Below, one piece after another: positions 60,356 to 64,000 of a DNA stretch of 64,000 nt. How positions within the stretch are numbered: the first letter of the stretch is position 1; the number at the start of each line of letters is the position of its first letter. The DNA is taken from NCBI GenBank assembly GCA_050011875.1, contig JBEKIG010000014.1, positions 10,699 through 74,698 on the forward strand. Reading direction: 5' to 3'. The notes under the pieces are model-generated. The model had not been told where the DNA came from, did no database searches, and was given only the letters and a program-made list of their open reading frames with translations. The stretch comes from Nitrososphaeria archaeon. Its GTDB lineage: Archaea > Thermoproteota > Nitrososphaeria > JACIWG01. Made by a program: the position numbers and the translations under genes.

Positions 60356-60983
60356 ATGAATACCAATACAAATTTAAGTAAAAAAGTTCTTGCTATTGAA
60401 GCGCACCCAGATGATGCTGAATTTTTAATGGCTGGAACCCTTACTTTACTTCATCAAAAAGGCTACAATGTACACATAGCATCAGTTTGCACAGGCTCAG
60501 GAGGTTCGAAGACCCTTAATCCTCGAGAGATAGCATCAATAAGATTTAATGAAGCGACTCAGTCTGCACAAATACTTGATGGCAGCTTCGAAACTTTGGG
60601 TGTGCCAGATGGGGAATTAGTATTTGAGAACAAAATAAGGGCAAAAGTTAGAGAACTAGTAAGAAGAGTCAACCCAGATATTGTAATAACCATGTCCCCC
60701 AATGATTATATGCCAGATCATGAGATAACATCTTACCTAACATTTGACGCCTGTTTTGCAAAAGCATTGCAAATACACCTTTATTATGCAGATCCTATTG
60801 AGTTAACTGACAAGTTTGGCCAGAAGGTTTTTCCAGAATTTTGTGTTGATATAAGTTCTGTAATCGACATAAAAGAAAAGATGCTTTCTCAGCATGCAAG
60901 TCAGAGTTAGACAACACAAGGGCCATCCTTATCCGAAAGATAATATTCTCTTGTTGAGTCTGCCAGGGTCAACAATTGTGTAG
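60356..60983 (+). pseudogene. PIG-L/LmbE-family N-deacetylase, deletion/frameshift pseudogene
   Basis: AHPDDAE, DYMPDH, HASQ then stop at 60910; the family C-terminus RQHKGHPYPKDNIL continues in another frame to 60983. Confidence 0.75.
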
Positions 60984-61079
60984 ATGGCATTAACGTATAA
61001 AAAAATCTATTTACAGGCACATTAGGCATCCTGGTCACAATATAAATTATTCTAACATGTGTATTGATGATAGGAATAC

Positions 61080-61747
61080 TTGTCACTAAAGAAGTATAAT
61101 TACATGGAGAAAGGGGTAAAAAATGTAGTCGGTATTTGTGGAAAGGTCTTTTCGAAATGGCTATTTTTGAAAGTTGGTGAACCTATGGCTAACGATGTCT
61201 TTAGGGTGATTGATTACTTAAAAACCCGACAAGATGTTGTATCAGATAAAATTGGTATGATTGGCCCTTCAATGGAAGGATTAACTTTCCTATCTGCTGC
61301 TTACGACAAAAGAATAAAGGTTGCTATTCTATAGCACTCGGTAACTTTGAAAAATTCTTTCAAATGACAAGAGTATTAGAACTCAACCCATTTTTTATGG
61401 GCGGGAGCATAATACCCTCTGACCAGAGAGAGTTAATAATAAAGAAACTTGATCCAATGCTCCTAGCAAAAAAATGCCCGTCTACAGCAATTCTTTAAAT
61501 GGCTGATAAACAAAATCAGCTTGCACCTTTTGAATGTGCAATAGATACCTGCAACGCCCTTAAAGAAGCTTATGAGGAAGCTGGATGCCCAGAGAGGCTA
61601 AAGTTCGTGGCATATGAAAAATCTACAGATATATATAGCCATGCTCCACAAGGAAGCATTCTATTAGATGGAACCGCTGAAGGTTTCTTCATGGAAGCCC
61701 TCGACTGGATCGGGAGGTGGGTTGGGTCTTCTAAGAACAAGGTGTAA
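61080..61747 (+). pseudogene. Fragmented alpha/beta hydrolase (dienelactone hydrolase/esterase-like)
   Basis: DVFRVIDYLKTRQDV..DKIGMIGPSMEG..AYDKRIK, stops, then LKEAYEEAG.PERL..H..ALDW. Confidence 0.7.
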
Positions 61748-61823
61748 TGGCATTCTCTTAATACATTACGCCTTTTTAAGAAACAAAGAATTATTAAATA
61801 CAATTATTTTAATACAAAAAAGT

Positions 61824-61973
61824 TGAATCTAACTGATCTGCATAAGACTCTCTTGAATCCTGCCAAAATATCTATGCTAAACCTGTTATGGTGTTCCATA
61901 ACATAGTTTGTCATGTCTTGTTTGGATTATAGCTGAGAGTCAAAAACGCCTGTAAAAGCTTCAGTTAGATTCA
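61824..61973. repeat. ~150-bp nested inverted repeat (MITE or structured RNA candidate)
   Basis: Perfect 13-bp terminal IR TGAATCTAACTGA/TCAGTTAGATTCA enclosing GACTCTC/GAGAGTC, AATCC/GGATT and TGTTATGG/CCATAACA. Confidence 0.7.
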
Positions 61974-62309
61974 GGTGAGCTTTAATGTAAAAAGTAACCC
62001 AATGCGTCTATATTCTTTAGCATTAACAATAAAAGATCTATGAAGATGTTCTCTTTGTGCTAAATCTGAAATAATACTAACATTATTAATTTCATGCAAA
62101 GTTCTCTCATTTCACAAATAAGGACGTCAGAATAAATGTAAATGATAGGTTATAAAGGCTAGGGTTTAACTAAACTTATTAGATGAGCCTTACTTTTGAT
62201 TATTTATCTTAATCTTATAATTGTCTGAACTGCTCCCTAGTCAAGCCTCTATATCTTTTTGTTTGTCCCGACAAGTTGACAGAATCCTATAAACTATAAA
62301 ATTACGGGC

Positions 62310-62390
62310 GCTTATGAGTTTAGCTGGGAACAGAGGGTAAATAGGGGTAAGGATAGGAAACTGTTAAGATCGCTTCATGCAGTTAAGGGA
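62310..62390 (+). repeat. Degenerate ~80-bp direct repeat, copy 1
   Basis: Exact 16-mer GTTTAGCTGGGAACAG (62318-62333); aligns onward through GGTAAA..GGGTAA.GATA..TTCATGC..GGGA. Confidence 0.8.
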
Positions 62391-62444
62391 ATAAAGGGGT
62401 ATAGCAAAGATTTATAGGAAACAGGCTTTTTAGAGCATTTGAAC

Positions 62445-63110
62445 ATGGAAAACAAGAAGAACGACCTGAACAATGTGGTTGAACAAGGTGAATCTAAGAA
62501 AAACAGCTTGAACAGCTTGAACAGTGCGGTTGAACAAGGTGGAACAGGTGAACAGGGGGAGGTGGGCACGGAGACGACCTTAGAATAGGTTAAAGCAGCA
62601 GTCCTGAAGCTTGTAGATGAATGGGTAAACTACAGGGAAATAGCGAAGATCAAATGGAATGTCCACGGTGCGAAGAGGAATTTTTCAATAAGCACGTTAA
62701 GTAATTGGGTGAAGGAAAGGGATAACCCTCAGAGTTACCTTCTGAAGTTGGGTGATGAAGAGCTGACGCAGAAAGCGTTTAAGATGTTCGATGCAGGCAA
62801 TGGGCCCATAGCTGTCGTAGAGCAGTCAGGTGTGCCACCTGAAAAAGCGAAGTCACTGTACTATGAATATGTGGAGTTGAAAGCCCTTGACCTCTCTAAA
62901 CCGTCTATTCCCCTATGTTTAAGGAAGATCGAAGAGAAGCTTAGAAGGCTAGATGACGGCTGGTACATTATTCAGTCCTTGGTTGACGCAGTTAACAAGA
63001 ATACATCTAAGAATCTGCAAATAAATGGAATTGATCTCCGCTTTCTATTATTAAGCGCAAAAGAGGTGTTCCAACACGTTAATGTATCAAGTTATCCTGC
63101 AACGCCTTGA
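62445..63110 (+). pseudogene. HTH-like mobile-element protein interrupted by one in-frame TAG (62586-62588)
   Basis: ATG 62445 is in frame with the 62709-63110 ORF; VNYREIAK...FSISTLSNW is HTH-like. Confidence 0.6.
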
Positions 63111-63305
63111 TCTTGAGATTAATCCTTTCAATGAATGAATAATAGATTAATGTCCCACATAGATCATAGATCTATCGGGTGTAGTTAGAGGGACTTTATC
63201 GAAACAAAATTTAAAGGATTTTTTCACGGCGTAATACTATCGGAAAGTTTCGTTCCTTCTACGATTTTGAACACCAAAAACAGTTAGATCATAAGAAGAT
63301 AAGAA

Positions 63306-63383
63306 GCTTAAGCGGTTTAGCTGGGAACAGCCGGTAAACAAGGGTAAAGATAAGTCTTAGGAACGTTTCATGCGGATTGTGGG
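63306..63383 (+). repeat. Degenerate ~80-bp direct repeat, copy 2
   Basis: GTTTAGCTGGGAACAG at 63315-63330, 997 bp after copy 1. Confidence 0.8.
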
Positions 63384-63740
63384 AGTTGTAATAGTCTGGA
63401 TACTATTCTTACCACTTTATATGATAAAGAGGAGAGCACTATTCATAGAAAATGGTAGGAAACTAAAGTTCTGGGAATAAGTCCAATAGTGTGGTCAACG
63501 GCAAGAAATAAGAATGGTATATAAAAGTTAAATCCTTAAATCAAAACATTCCATTTTTTATATTTGATGGCAGAAGATATTGTTGATAAAGTTCTGAGAA
63601 TATTTATTACAGAAAACTAACATATATAATTATGACGAAAATTATAATGAACAAGATGAATTTGAGGATTTTTTATTTTAGATAGCTTGAATTATCAATA
63701 AATACTTGGCATTAATATTATTGTGTAATCACTTTTATTT

Positions 63741-64000
63741 TTATCCTTTAAGAGAGCCTGCTAGTACCCCTCTGACTATTTGCTTTTGGAATAGTATGTA
63801 AAAGATTATTATTGGTATTACAGCTATGTCTAGTCCTGCGAAAAAATAGTTATATTCCGTAACATATTGCCCCCCAAAGCTCATTAGACCAGGGCTCAAG
63901 GTCTTCATAGAATTACTTTGCATGATAACAAGTGCATACAATAGTTCATTCCAGATTCCTGGAAAGTTTACAATAGCTAGCATTGCAAGTAGGCCTCGTG
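63741..64000 (-). CDS. Carbohydrate ABC permease (MalG-like), C-terminal part; continues beyond the window
   Basis: IWNELLYALV..KTL..GL..F.G..FQKQIVRGVLAGSLKG. Confidence 0.88.
   Translation of the reverse strand, partial: RGLLAMLAIVNFPGIWNELLYALVIMQSNSMKTLSPGLMSFGGQYVTEYNYFFAGLDIAVIPIIIFYILFQKQIVRGVLAGSLKG

Noticed and set aside
62273-62287. AAGTTGACAGAATCC, resembling an IS6-type terminal repeat
   Set aside because: No partner end or transposase nearby; too short to call
62305-62335. tRNA-like 5' end (TTTAGCTGGGA)
   Set aside because: No cloverleaf or T-loop; better explained as part of the direct repeat
1-64000. CRISPR array, rRNA or tRNA genes
   Set aside because: No regularly spaced repeat-spacer pattern or rRNA/tRNA signature seen by eye; the tandem repeats found are coding or have no spacers

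Overview
AT-rich archaeal genomic window, most consistent with an uncultured TACK/Thermoproteota lineage such as Bathyarchaeia or Brockarchaeia. Support: single-OB-fold crenarchaeal-type SSB, LipS1/LipS2, ATPase-type HypB, tungsten WOR enzyme, TATA boxes about 25 bp upstream of many TTG/GTG starts. It holds about 55 mostly metabolic genes: five UroD/MtaA-superfamily paralogs, sugar ABC importers, a WOR5-like tungsten oxidoreductase pair, lipoate synthesis plus gcvT, queC, ino1 and hypA/hypB. A decaying, mobile-element-like zone lies at about 60.3-63.7 kb. I found no rRNA, tRNA or CRISPR array by eye. Most notable: (1) an enolase paralog that keeps the metal ligands and catalytic base but has lost the general acid; (2) a three-gene operon ending in a PIN nuclease with a zinc-finger insertion; (3) the UroD-like paralog expansion with different metal motifs; (4) a divergent pair of DUF72 genes with different C-terminal fusions; (5) a roughly 150-nt rod-like palindrome and a 1-kb direct-repeat-bounded HTH element near the right end. 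All calls come from motif recognition by eye; no searches were run.
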